Shown one piece after another: positions 1 through 8,029 of a stretch of DNA of 24,520 nucleotides. A program made the translations under genes and the position numbers. This stretch comes from Deltaproteobacteria bacterium. Its GTDB lineage: Bacteria; Desulfobacterota; DSM-4660; Desulfatiglandales; B25-G16. The notes beneath the pieces were generated by a model, which had not been told where the DNA came from, searched no databases, and saw only the letters and a program-made list of their open reading frames with translations. The DNA is taken from assembly GCA_003646875.1 (NCBI GenBank), contig QMLT01000001.1, positions 1 through 24,520 of the forward strand, written 5' to 3'. Position 1 is the stretch's first letter. Every line of letters starts with the position of its first letter.

Positions 1-106
1 GTCCTGATTCAGTGCTGATTCCAGCCCAGGTAAAGACAACGAGATTTCTGGATTCATACAGCCATTCAGAAAGGATTTGAATTCTTTTTTCAAGATCTTC
101 TTTCAT
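1..106 (-). CDS. Sir2/sirtuin-family NAD-dependent deacylase, N-terminal 35 codons only (runs off the window)
   Basis: Not in the ORF track. Manual translation from ATG at 106 gives MKEDLEKRIQILSEWLYESRNLVVFTWAGISTESG, matching the sirtuin signature VVFTGAGISTESG except G->W (TGG at 28..26). Confidence 0.8.
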   Translation of the reverse strand, partial: MKEDLEKRIQILSEWLYESRNLVVFTWAGISTESG

Positions 107-169
107 GACAAATATTTAGATATTTATATAATACTCCTTTTTTAATCCCTCCTTTTGAAATTTTGAGGC

Positions 170-1420
170 TTAAAAGTCTAATGGCTTACAGATGATTTCT
201 TTGACTTTTATGTCAAAGAAATTTTGGGTATGCGCTGGTTTCAGTAGAAGCGCTGTATCAACTCCGGCTGCTGTTCCACCAATTGAGATAACATCCTCAT
301 CTGTTCTGATTAATCCTGCATCTGTGGCCATTAAGGCCATCTCAATGGCAACCTTTGTTCCCTGCCCAAATGTTCGTAAAGTATAGGCAATAGCCTCATC
401 TATTTGATAGGTGCCAGTTTTGTTCCTGAATGCCCTTCCTACGCCGCCAAATGCATGTTGGGCTGTTAAAACAACAGCCCCCATTTCCAGAAGGAGTTTT
501 CTATCTTTTTCTGCGAGTTCTTGATGGTCTGGTTTTTTAAAACCTGTTACATGCGTTACAATTATGAGAGAAAAAGTATGACCGAATAGATCAACGGCCT
601 TGAAGGCGGTTTTGCCTGTACAACTTGAGACCAAAATCTTCTTGATTTTTAATATGTTGGCCCTTTCAAGAGCAGCTTCAAGGGTTGCCTCTGTATTATC
701 TGGGCCAGGATTTGGAAAATAACGGCAGTTTACAACCTCAAAGGTATTATCCTTTTTTAATCCTTTTAATTCTCTTTCCTTATCCACTTTATCCTCCTTA
801 GTTAGAAAAGATTTAACAGCCTCCTGACCTTTTTCCACCAAAAGATGATTTATGTCCCTGAACTCCATTGGTAGTGTCACAATGTTGGCCTTTGGGAGTA
901 TTTCAAGGATATTTTTTGCAGCCAACTCGCTATCTTTGCTATTTTTAAAGCAGATTGTTGTGTTTATATCGGAAAATAACTGTAGTTGTTTAAATCCTGT
1001 CATGCTGGGCAGGGAAACACCTCCTAGATCTGTGCTTAATAGGTCAAGTATGCCAGATGTAATAATTACATCTCTAAAATTTTTTTCAAGGTTAAAAAGC
1101 CCTGTTTCAAGGTCACTACCTTCATGAAAGTATTCTTGGCCTTCTTTTACTATCTGACCATTTATTTCGAGGGACTCTGTTGCCAGATATTGAATGCCCA
1201 CAATCAGAAAACCGCGCACTAAAGGAAAGGCAAGCGCCTTTCTCTCAGGGGAGTAACCGACCAGTTTTTTAGGGAGAAGTTCATTATAAATAATCCCTTT
1301 ATTTATTTTTTTCTTATCATGTAAATAGCTAACGGCCTTTTCCGCAGCTTGTTTGTTTTGAAGCATTTGATTAAATAGTTGATCAAAGTTTATTCTGAGT
1401 CCCATTTCATTTTTTCCCAT
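170..1420 (-). CDS. Two-domain protein (416 aa): degenerate DnaG-type primase core/Toprim domain fused to a pyruvate kinase alpha/beta C-terminal-like domain (MTH1675/COG1751 type)
   Basis: Start moved from 1522 to ATG 1420 because GAGG lies just upstream and the first 34 ORF-track codons overlap yjbQ. N-terminal half follows DnaG motif order: [54 protein letters not shown]-terminal half (about 733..170) has [69 protein letters not shown]. Confidence 0.75.
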   Translation of the reverse strand: MGKNEMGLRINFDQLFNQMLQNKQAAEKAVSYLHDKKKINKGIIYNELLPKKLVGYSPERKALAFPLVRGFLIVGIQYLATESLEINGQIVKEGQEYFHEGSDLETGLFNLEKNFRDVIITSGILDLLSTDLGGVSLPSMTGFKQLQLFSDINTTICFKNSKDSELAAKNILEILPKANIVTLPMEFRDINHLLVEKGQEAVKSFLTKEDKVDKERELKGLKKDNTFEVVNCRYFPNPGPDNTEATLEAALERANILKIKKILVSSCTGKTAFKAVDLFGHTFSLIIVTHVTGFKKPDHQELAEKDRKLLLEMGAVVLTAQHAFGGVGRAFRNKTGTYQIDEAIAYTLRTFGQGTKVAIEMALMATDAGLIRTDEDVISIGGTAAGVDTALLLKPAHTQNFFDIKVKEIICKPLDF

Positions 1421-1679
1421 TATATTTTTCCTCAATGTGTCTATACTGGGTGACAGGCTCACGGGGAGCAAGTTTTTCCAGCCATTTATCATAGTCGTGA
1501 TGTAGCCCGGATTCATCGTCATTTATGAATACACTGGCTGTTATATGCATGGCATTGCAGAGAATAAGGCCCTCCTTAATTTTGCTTTCTTTCAGGCACT
1601 CGTTTATGTGGGGGGTAATATTAACAAATCCCCTCCTCGTGGGCACCTCAAACCAGAGTTCTTTTCTATAACTTTTCAT
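1407..1679 (-). pseudogene. yjbQ: YjbQ/UPF0047 family protein, 3'-truncated (90 aa)
   Basis: AGGAG then ATG at 1679. [42 protein letters not shown] and YRH are typical of the family. After YRH the frame reads IEEKYNGKK* instead of the usual roughly 45-aa C-terminus carrying the NxxAHxK and EFDG motifs. Confidence 0.8.
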
Positions 1680-1790
1680 AGATAGCTCCTGTGTAATGTC
1701 GCCGATATGTGACATTCTCTGTAATTTTAAAGAAATTATTTACCTTTTGTACCTAACCTGTCTCTTAATTGCTCTGTCAAATGAAGATAA

Positions 1791-2006
1791 TATTTTAATC
1801 ATTGCAGGTTTAAGGATTGCATTATTGTTCTGGAGAAAGGGAAAACTAATATTACCGGTTGTAGTTTTGAAAACTGTAAATTACTCCTTAAAGGCAATGC
1901 CTATACTGTTGGAAAAATAATAAAGCTATTTACCGGGAAAAATCCTTTAAAGGTGTTGGACCTTGATGAGACATTGTTTGAGAATACTACGCCAAAAAAA
2001 GACTAA
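1791..2006 (+). pseudogene. Start-less 71-codon open frame encoding a small Cys-patterned hypothetical protein (probably frameshifted or 5'-damaged)
   Basis: Manual translation: YFNHCRFKDCIIVLEKGKTNITGCSFENCKLLLKGNAYTVGKIIKLFTGKNPLKVLDLDETLFENTTPKKD*. It has two CxFxxC repeats, no usable 5' start in frame, and a stop overlapping the purD stop. Confidence 0.55.
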
Positions 2007-3373
2007 GCTCCTATTGTTTTTCTGTATCGTAAACAATTTTTATTATTGTTATTATGATCTAACAAAGATAGATACTCTATGTTCCTGTAAGCCTTTTCTC
2101 TAGCACCCTCCAGTGTTGCATCGCCAGCAATTATATGCAGCACTCTTCCACCGTCTGTGACAAGGCCTCTTTCTGAATCCTCCCTTACGCCTGAAAAATA
2201 AATGGCAATTCCCTTTTCAATATTATCCAATCCTTCTACCACATGTCCCTTCCCATAGCGGCCCGGATATCCTTTGTTCCATCCCTTATTCGCCTTTGAA
2301 CGGCCTTCCATAGCAACTATATCCACATAATACTGGTTATTCCAGACAGGATGAATTTGATCCAAATTTCCTTCCCACACTGCCATACCTATCTCGAAGA
2401 GATCCGTGCTTAGTTTTCTTGAAAGCACTTCCCACTCCGGATCGCCATGCCTTACATTAATTTCAAATACATCCAGCTGGTTGTAAGGATCAAGATTCAG
2501 TCCGAAGTATAAAACACCTTTATAATTCCATCCTAAACCTAAATCGCCCCTGTTGTAAATTGCATTTACTGTAGGGTTTACAATCTCTTTTATAATTCTG
2601 TTTACAAGCCATGGGGTCACAAGTTTATGGGGCGCATAACATCCTGTGCCACCGGTATTGAGATTTCCACCAAACTCAGCAATTGATTTCTCATCATTCT
2701 CGTCAAAGGCCTGTTTGTAGTCCTGAACAAACATTTTTAAAGGAAGCGCATGTTCACCATCCAGGTAGACATAAAAGGAGATTTCAGTGCCATATTTTCT
2801 TTCTTCTATAACAACCTTATCACCTGATTTTCCAAATATTTTTTCCACCATTATTTTGTCAATTGCATTCTCGGCCTGGATAACATCGTCACACCCTATG
2901 GCGCCCTTTCCCGCTGCAAGGCCATTTGCCTTTACAAAGACCTGATAACCTATATTTCTGACATATTTTTTTGCCTCTTCCGGGTTATCAAAAACCCTAT
3001 ATTCTGGCTTACCTATACCTATTTCCTTTAAAATATTGTCAGTAAATGCCCTGTCACTCTCTAATCTAACATATTCCTTCTTTGGCCCAATTGTTCTTAT
3101 TCCGTTTTCATTCAAGATATTCACCAAACCCTCCTCAAGAGGGTTTTCTGAGCCTATATCGACCAAATCAACGTTATTTTCCAGGCAAAATTTCGTCACC
3201 TCATTAAAGTCTCTTATATCCATACATTCTATCAATTTTCTCTTTCCCTTCAGTGTGTAAGGCACCCCAGCATTGCCGGGGAAAAAATAGACCTTTTCAA
3301 CATACTGACTGTCTCCATATTTATCAGCAAGTGAGTGGTCTCTACCTCCGGAGCCATATACAAGAACTTTCAT
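2003..3373 (-). CDS. purD: Phosphoribosylamine--glycine ligase (divergent)
   Basis: GSGGRDH, PGNAG, VKANGLAAGKG, QDYKQ, NTGG, EINVRHGDPE, GYP and TDGGRVL occur in PurD order; 456 aa; AAGGAGG SD upstream. Confidence 0.85.
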   Translation of the reverse strand: MKVLVYGSGGRDHSLADKYGDSQYVEKVYFFPGNAGVPYTLKGKRKLIECMDIRDFNEVTKFCLENNVDLVDIGSENPLEEGLVNILNENGIRTIGPKKEYVRLESDRAFTDNILKEIGIGKPEYRVFDNPEEAKKYVRNIGYQVFVKANGLAAGKGAIGCDDVIQAENAIDKIMVEKIFGKSGDKVVIEERKYGTEISFYVYLDGEHALPLKMFVQDYKQAFDENDEKSIAEFGGNLNTGGTGCYAPHKLVTPWLVNRIIKEIVNPTVNAIYNRGDLGLGWNYKGVLYFGLNLDPYNQLDVFEINVRHGDPEWEVLSRKLSTDLFEIGMAVWEGNLDQIHPVWNNQYYVDIVAMEGRSKANKGWNKGYPGRYGKGHVVEGLDNIEKGIAIYFSGVREDSERGLVTDGGRVLHIIAGDATLEGAREKAYRNIEYLSLLDHNNNNKNCLRYRKTIGA

Positions 3374-3451
3374 GCTTTCCTCCTTAAACGGTGATAAAAA
3401 GACCTTGACATATATGTGGGCATGGGGTGGGTGAAAAAGTTTGATTGGCAG

Positions 3452-3480
3452 AGTATATTGAGATTGTTAAAGTATGTCAA
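3452..3480 (-). promoter_or_regulatory. Sigma70-type promoter for purD
   Basis: Minus strand reads TTGACA (3480-3475), 17 nt, TATACT (3457-3452). Confidence 0.75.
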
Positions 3481-3513
3481 CATCAATTGGGTAATTAAAG
3501 GATCGGTTTAGGC

Positions 3514-3541
3514 TTGTCTTTTTCTTATATTTTGTTATACT
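3514..3541 (+). promoter_or_regulatory. Sigma70-type promoter for the phosphoesterase-HIT-lapA-lapB operon
   Basis: TTGTCT, 16 nt, TATACT, with TG at the extended -10 position; about 55 nt upstream of ATG 3596. Confidence 0.55.
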
Positions 3542-3595
3542 TTTGCAAATTTTTAGGCAAACACTAGTTACATATTATTTACCAATTCTATTAAA

Positions 3596-4072
3596 ATGAA
3601 GATTGGAGTTATTTCAGATACCCACCTAAAAGAGGCGAATTCTCGCCTTATTAATATATATACAAACTATTTCTCTGATGTGGATATGATTATCCATACC
3701 GGAGATCTTATTTCTGAAGGAATAGTCGATTTTTTAAGCCAGAAGCCACTTCATATAGTTCATGGAAATATGGACAACTTTGAAATAAAAAAGAAATTTC
3801 CTAAAAAAAAGATATTAGAGGTAAGCGGTTTCCGTTTGGGATTAATACATGGATGGGGCTCCCCTTTTGGAATAGAAAAGAGGATAAGGCCAGAGTTTAC
3901 TAATGTCCATGCCATTATTTATGGCCATTCTCACAAATCGGCTAACCATATTGATAAAGGAGTTATTTTTTTTAATCCAGGAACCGCCACCGGTTTCAGC
4001 ATGAGTGGATGCCATTCGATCGGAATTTTGGATATAACTGATAAAATAAATGGCGCTATAATTCCAGTTTGA
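3596..4072 (+). CDS. YfcE/MJ0936-family metallophosphoesterase
   Basis: Calcineurin-like motifs ISDTH, HTGD, HGNMD, HGW, GHSH, NPG; 158 aa. Confidence 0.9.
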   Translation: MKIGVISDTHLKEANSRLINIYTNYFSDVDMIIHTGDLISEGIVDFLSQKPLHIVHGNMDNFEIKKKFPKKKILEVSGFRLGLIHGWGSPFGIEKRIRPEFTNVHAIIYGHSHKSANHIDKGVIFFNPGTATGFSMSGCHSIGILDITDKINGAIIPV

Positions 4073-4081
4073 GGTTATAAG

Positions 4082-4558
4082 ATGAAAATTCTTTGGGCGC
4101 CCTGGAGAATGGAATATGTAAGCTCCGATAATAAAGGGGAGTGCATATTTTGTCCAGGCGAAGACAGAAGTAGAGATGAACAAAGGTTAATTTTGTGTAT
4201 TGGGAACTTAAGCATTATCCTTATGAACAGGTTTCCTTATATAAATGGACATCTTTTAATCGCCCCTTTGAGGCACGTCTCGAGTTTAGATGCGCTATCA
4301 TCGGAGGAAAAGCTTGACCTCATCACACAAGTTGAAAAGTCTATTGGCGTTTTAAAAGAGGCATTAAGGCCAGAAGGATTTAATGTGGGTTTAAATCTGG
4401 GAAAGATAGCAGGGGCCGGTGTTGAGGATCATATCCATTTTCATATTGTTCCTCGATGGATAGGAGATACTAATTACATGACTGTATTTGGAGAAGTGAG
4501 GGTAATTCCAGAGCATATTCAGGAGACATATCGAAAATTGTTACCTTTTTTCAAATAA
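4082..4558 (+). CDS. HIT-family nucleotide hydrolase/Ap4A phosphorylase-like protein
   Basis: LWAPWRMEY, CIFC, NRFPYINGHL, GFNVGLNLG and the histidine triad HIHFHIVPRW. Confidence 0.92.
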   Translation: MKILWAPWRMEYVSSDNKGECIFCPGEDRSRDEQRLILCIGNLSIILMNRFPYINGHLLIAPLRHVSSLDALSSEEKLDLITQVEKSIGVLKEALRPEGFNVGLNLGKIAGAGVEDHIHFHIVPRWIGDTNYMTVFGEVRVIPEHIQETYRKLLPFFK

Positions 4559-4604
4559 TTTTAGATAGGATAAAACATTCATTAAATCTTTAAAGGAGGA
4601 TTGC

Positions 4605-4958
4605 ATGAAACATATAAAGGCTATTATAGCTATATTATTGATGTTACTGGCCGTGGTACTTATTGTTGAAAATCTTGCGCAGTTATCTCAGAAATTGACT
4701 CTTCAGGTTGACCTTTATTTTTGGGAATGGAAAACTGAACCAATGTCATTTTATTTTGTTATTATAATTGTCTTTCTACTCGGCATCCTCATAGCTAGCT
4801 TTTACGGTATATTTGAACGTTTCAAATTGAAGAAGGAAATAAAGATTATTTCCAAAGAGAAGAGAGAAAAAGACAAAGAACTGAATTCATTGAGAAACCT
4901 GCCTATTGTTGAAAGTAAGATAGCAGATATGGAATTGTCAGAAAAAAATCAGGATTAG
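4605..4958 (+). CDS. lapA: LapA-family lipopolysaccharide assembly protein
   Basis: Two hydrophobic helices, a charged coiled tail ending ELNSLRNLP, AAGGAGG SD, and position directly upstream of a LapB-like gene. Confidence 0.75.
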   Translation: MKHIKAIIAILLMLLAVVLIVENLAQLSQKLTLQVDLYFWEWKTEPMSFYFVIIIVFLLGILIASFYGIFERFKLKKEIKIISKEKREKDKELNSLRNLPIVESKIADMELSEKNQD

Positions 4959-4995
4959 GATTTAAACATTAGTTTAAAATTGAGTTGTATTGAGT

Positions 4996-6228
4996 ATGGG
5001 GGAAGAAATCGGAAATGTATTTTTTGGCAATTTTGATATTAGATTTGGCGTCTGGTTAATCATTGCCTTTGTATGTGGTCTCCTTATAGATAGGTTTATT
5101 AGATCAAGACATGCTGAAAGGCTTAGAAAAAAACTGGATAGGGGAGATAAGGCTTTCTTTCAGGGCATTCAGCATATACTTTCCAATGAGCCAGATCAGG
5201 CTATCGAACAGTTCACAAAGTCGGTTAAGATTAATTCAGATACTATCGAGACATATGTCGCCTTGGGCCATCTCTATAGATCAAAAGGGGATATCGAGAG
5301 GGCTATCAGGATACGCCAGGGAATAATCTTAAGACCTAATCTGGACAAAGAGATAAGATTGAGGGCAATATTTGATCTGGGATTAGATTACAGGAAAGGT
5401 GGATTTTTAAATCGGGCTATATCGGCGTTTCATGAGGTTCTTGAGGATGATCCAAACAATGTCGAAGCCCTTGAGCAGATCGAGCGAATTTATGAGGATA
5501 TGTACGATTGGGAAAAGGCCTTTAAAACGAGGGTGTCTATCTCAAAACTCGTAAAGGGTGATCATCGGCATATACTTGCCCACCAAAAAACAGAGCTTGG
5601 GAAGATACAGGAAAAGAATGGTGATAGAGCAAGGGCTGAGAAATCCTATAAAAAGGCTATCTCTATCTTTGATAAATGCGTTGACACCTATCTTCATTTG
5701 GGTGATCTCTATTTTAATCAGCAGGACCATAAAAAAGCTTTATCTACATGGAAGAAAGTAGTTGACGTGGCGCCTCAGTTTACTTTTCTTGCCTACAAAA
5801 GGTTAGAGAAGGCCTATTCAACGATGAGGAATCTAAAGGGCGTAGAGGATTTTTTACGAGATACCGCCAGAAAGAATTCTGATAGCTTTACAAATTTAGC
5901 CTTAGCCAGGTATCTCTATAATAAAGGGGAGACAGATTCTGCTTTGAATAAACTGAATCAGAGCATTAAATCAGCCCCTTCCTTTTTAAATGCCAGAAAA
6001 TTTATAGGGGAGATACTTTTAAAAGAAGGCAGAAATGAAGAGGCATTAGAAGCCTATAAAGATCTCCTATTCATATTAGATTTTCCTTATTTAAAGTTCC
6101 AATGTAGCAATTGTGGATACAGACCGGATGAACTTGTTTGGAAGTGCCCTCAGTGCTTGAAATGGGATTCGATAGATATTATAAAACCATCTCCTTCTGA
6201 CTTACCTAATGGCAATGTATCTTCTTAA
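4996..6228 (+). CDS. lapB: LapB-like TPR protein with N-terminal TM helix and C-terminal rubredoxin-type CxxC...CxxC
   Basis: TM segment, ALGHLYRSKGDIERAIRIRQ, LGLDYRKGGFLNRA, several TPRs, CSNC and CPQC. ATG 4996 preferred over TTG 4990. Confidence 0.8.
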   Translation: MGEEIGNVFFGNFDIRFGVWLIIAFVCGLLIDRFIRSRHAERLRKKLDRGDKAFFQGIQHILSNEPDQAIEQFTKSVKINSDTIETYVALGHLYRSKGDIERAIRIRQGIILRPNLDKEIRLRAIFDLGLDYRKGGFLNRAISAFHEVLEDDPNNVEALEQIERIYEDMYDWEKAFKTRVSISKLVKGDHRHILAHQKTELGKIQEKNGDRARAEKSYKKAISIFDKCVDTYLHLGDLYFNQQDHKKALSTWKKVVDVAPQFTFLAYKRLEKAYSTMRNLKGVEDFLRDTARKNSDSFTNLALARYLYNKGETDSALNKLNQSIKSAPSFLNARKFIGEILLKEGRNEEALEAYKDLLFILDFPYLKFQCSNCGYRPDELVWKCPQCLKWDSIDIIKPSPSDLPNGNVSS

Positions 6229-6285
6229 ATATTTCCCTTCTTTGATTTTAATACCTTTCTACTCTACAGGTAAAAAGGTTCTTAT

Positions 6286-8025
6286 ATGATACGCAGATTG
6301 CCAGGTAGAAAATATGCGCTGATATTTCTCTTTTTACCCCTATTCCTTGCCCTCTCTTTCAATGCCTTTCATCCAGTTGCTATCGCAAAATCCAATTCTG
6401 CCAAAATTCTTTTACACAAGGCAAAGGCGTGCGCAAAAACACTTTATCAATCTAAAGCTAAAAAGAAATACAGACATAATTGGGAAAGATGCATCAAGAG
6501 GTATGAAAAGACTTATAAGACATTTCCAGGAACAGATGAGGCAGCGCGGGCTATGTTCGCTGCTTGTAAATTATGGACTAATCTCTATGGCTATTCAGGG
6601 AGGAATTCTGATATTGACGCGGCCGTATCACTCTATCGAGAATTGGTAGAGAAATACCCAACACATAGATTAGCTGATGATGCCCAATATAGATTGGGTG
6701 AGATCTTTTATAGGTATAAAAAGGATTCAAGGCAGGCCTATGTTGAATTTTTAAAGGTAGAGATAAAATTTCCGAAGGGAGATGCAAGGGTTAAAGCATC
6801 TAAGATGATGGATAAGCTGGAACGTCTCTTAGGCAAGAAAAGGTTGGCAAAAGGAAGTGTCAGTGGAATCAAGTCCAAGAAAAAGAAATTAATCGCAATA
6901 AAGGATATCAGGCATTGGTCTACCCCAACTTACACAAGGGTGGTTGTCGACTTGGAGAACCCGGTCAAATACAAGAAACATCTGTTAAAGAAGGACCCGG
7001 ACCTTAGTAAGCCAAGACGCCTTTTTTTAGATCTACAAAATTCATGCATCAGCAAGGAGATAGAAAGTTCTATACTCATTAAAGACGGACTGTTAAGAAG
7101 GGCACGGGCTGCTCAACACGACAAAAAAACTGTCAGGGTTGTCCTCGATATTGATAATATGAAAGCATATAGGGTTTTTCACCTTTATGATCCCTTTCGG
7201 ATTGTGGTTGATGTGCAAGGCAAGGAGCCGAAGGTAAAGCCTGTAAAAACAGTGGTTGCTCAAAGGAGTAAGAAAGAAAAAGCAACAAAAAAACGCAAAA
7301 AAGAAGGCATATCCTTAGCCAAACAGTTAGGATTAGGAGTAAAGAAGATTGTAATTGATGCAGGCCATGGCGGAAAAGATCCGGGCGCTATTGGAAGAAA
7401 TGGCCTAAGAGAAAAAGATGTTGTGCTTAAACTTGCAAATTTAGTGGCAGAAAAGGTGAGAAGAGATCTTCATTGTCAGGCTATTTTAACCCGAAAAAGT
7501 GATGCATTCTTGCCTTTGGAAAAAAGAACTGCAATTGCCAATATGAAAAAGGCAGATCTATTTATCTCCCTTCACGCAAATGCCCATAAGAATACCAGAT
7601 GCCAGGGGTTAGAGACCTATATCTTGAATATAGCCTTAGATGAAGAGAGCATGAATGTGGCTGCAAGAGAAAATGCTACCTCTACAAAAAATATAAGCGA
7701 TCTCCAGATGATTCTGAATGACCTTATGCTCAACACAAAGATAAATGAGTCGAGTAGACTGGCAAAATTTGTGCACAATGGTTTGGTAAAGGAGCTGCGG
7801 AAAAGATACAAGATAGTTAAAAACAGGGGTGTACGGCAGGCGCCATTTTATGTCTTGATTGGCGCTGAGATGCCCGCAATTCTGGTAGAGCTAGGTTACA
7901 TTACAAATTCGATAGAAAATAGACGCCTTAAAAGTGAGACATACCTCAAGAGGGCAGCTTCAGGTATAGTGAAGGGCATTGATTTATACATCAAGGATAT
8001 GGAGTTGGCCTATAAAGGTGGATAA
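6286..8025 (+). CDS. amiC: N-acetylmuramoyl-L-alanine amidase (signal peptide, TPR-like region, AMIN domain, Amidase_3)
   Basis: IRHWS-YTRVVVDL and DPFRIVVDV (AMIN); IDAGHGGKDPGA, EKDV, SLHAN, AILVELGY (Zn amidase). Confidence 0.88.
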   Translation: MIRRLPGRKYALIFLFLPLFLALSFNAFHPVAIAKSNSAKILLHKAKACAKTLYQSKAKKKYRHNWERCIKRYEKTYKTFPGTDEAARAMFAACKLWTNLYGYSGRNSDIDAAVSLYRELVEKYPTHRLADDAQYRLGEIFYRYKKDSRQAYVEFLKVEIKFPKGDARVKASKMMDKLERLLGKKRLAKGSVSGIKSKKKKLIAIKDIRHWSTPTYTRVVVDLENPVKYKKHLLKKDPDLSKPRRLFLDLQNSCISKEIESSILIKDGLLRRARAAQHDKKTVRVVLDIDNMKAYRVFHLYDPFRIVVDVQGKEPKVKPVKTVVAQRSKKEKATKKRKKEGISLAKQLGLGVKKIVIDAGHGGKDPGAIGRNGLREKDVVLKLANLVAEKVRRDLHCQAILTRKSDAFLPLEKRTAIANMKKADLFISLHANAHKNTRCQGLETYILNIALDEESMNVAARENATSTKNISDLQMILNDLMLNTKINESSRLAKFVHNGLVKELRKRYKIVKNRGVRQAPFYVLIGAEMPAILVELGYITNSIENRRLKSETYLKRAASGIVKGIDLYIKDMELAYKGG

Positions 8026-8029
8026 GGTT

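Noticed and set aside
1421-1522. 34-aa N-terminal extension of the fusion ORF in the ORF track
   Set aside because: It lies inside yjbQ in another frame and has no SD; ATG 1420 has GAGG upstream.
1750-1780. Minus-strand TTGACA as the yjbQ promoter
   Set aside because: No acceptable -10 at 16-18 nt (GTTAGG/TTAGGT).
1696-1920. 74-aa plus-strand ORF
   Set aside because: No SD or recognisable motif. Beyond 1790 the protein-like signal is in a different frame (see the hidden ORF).
3374-3445. purD leader as a purine, ZTP or PRPP riboswitch; plus-strand TTGACA at 3405
   Set aside because: The leader is only about 70 nt and lacks the consensus elements I know for these riboswitches. The TTGACA has no matching -10.
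3842-4183. 113-aa minus-strand ORF and the other short ORF-track calls lying antisense or out of frame inside assigned genes
   Set aside because: They fully overlap well-supported genes and have no motifs; these are shadow ORFs.
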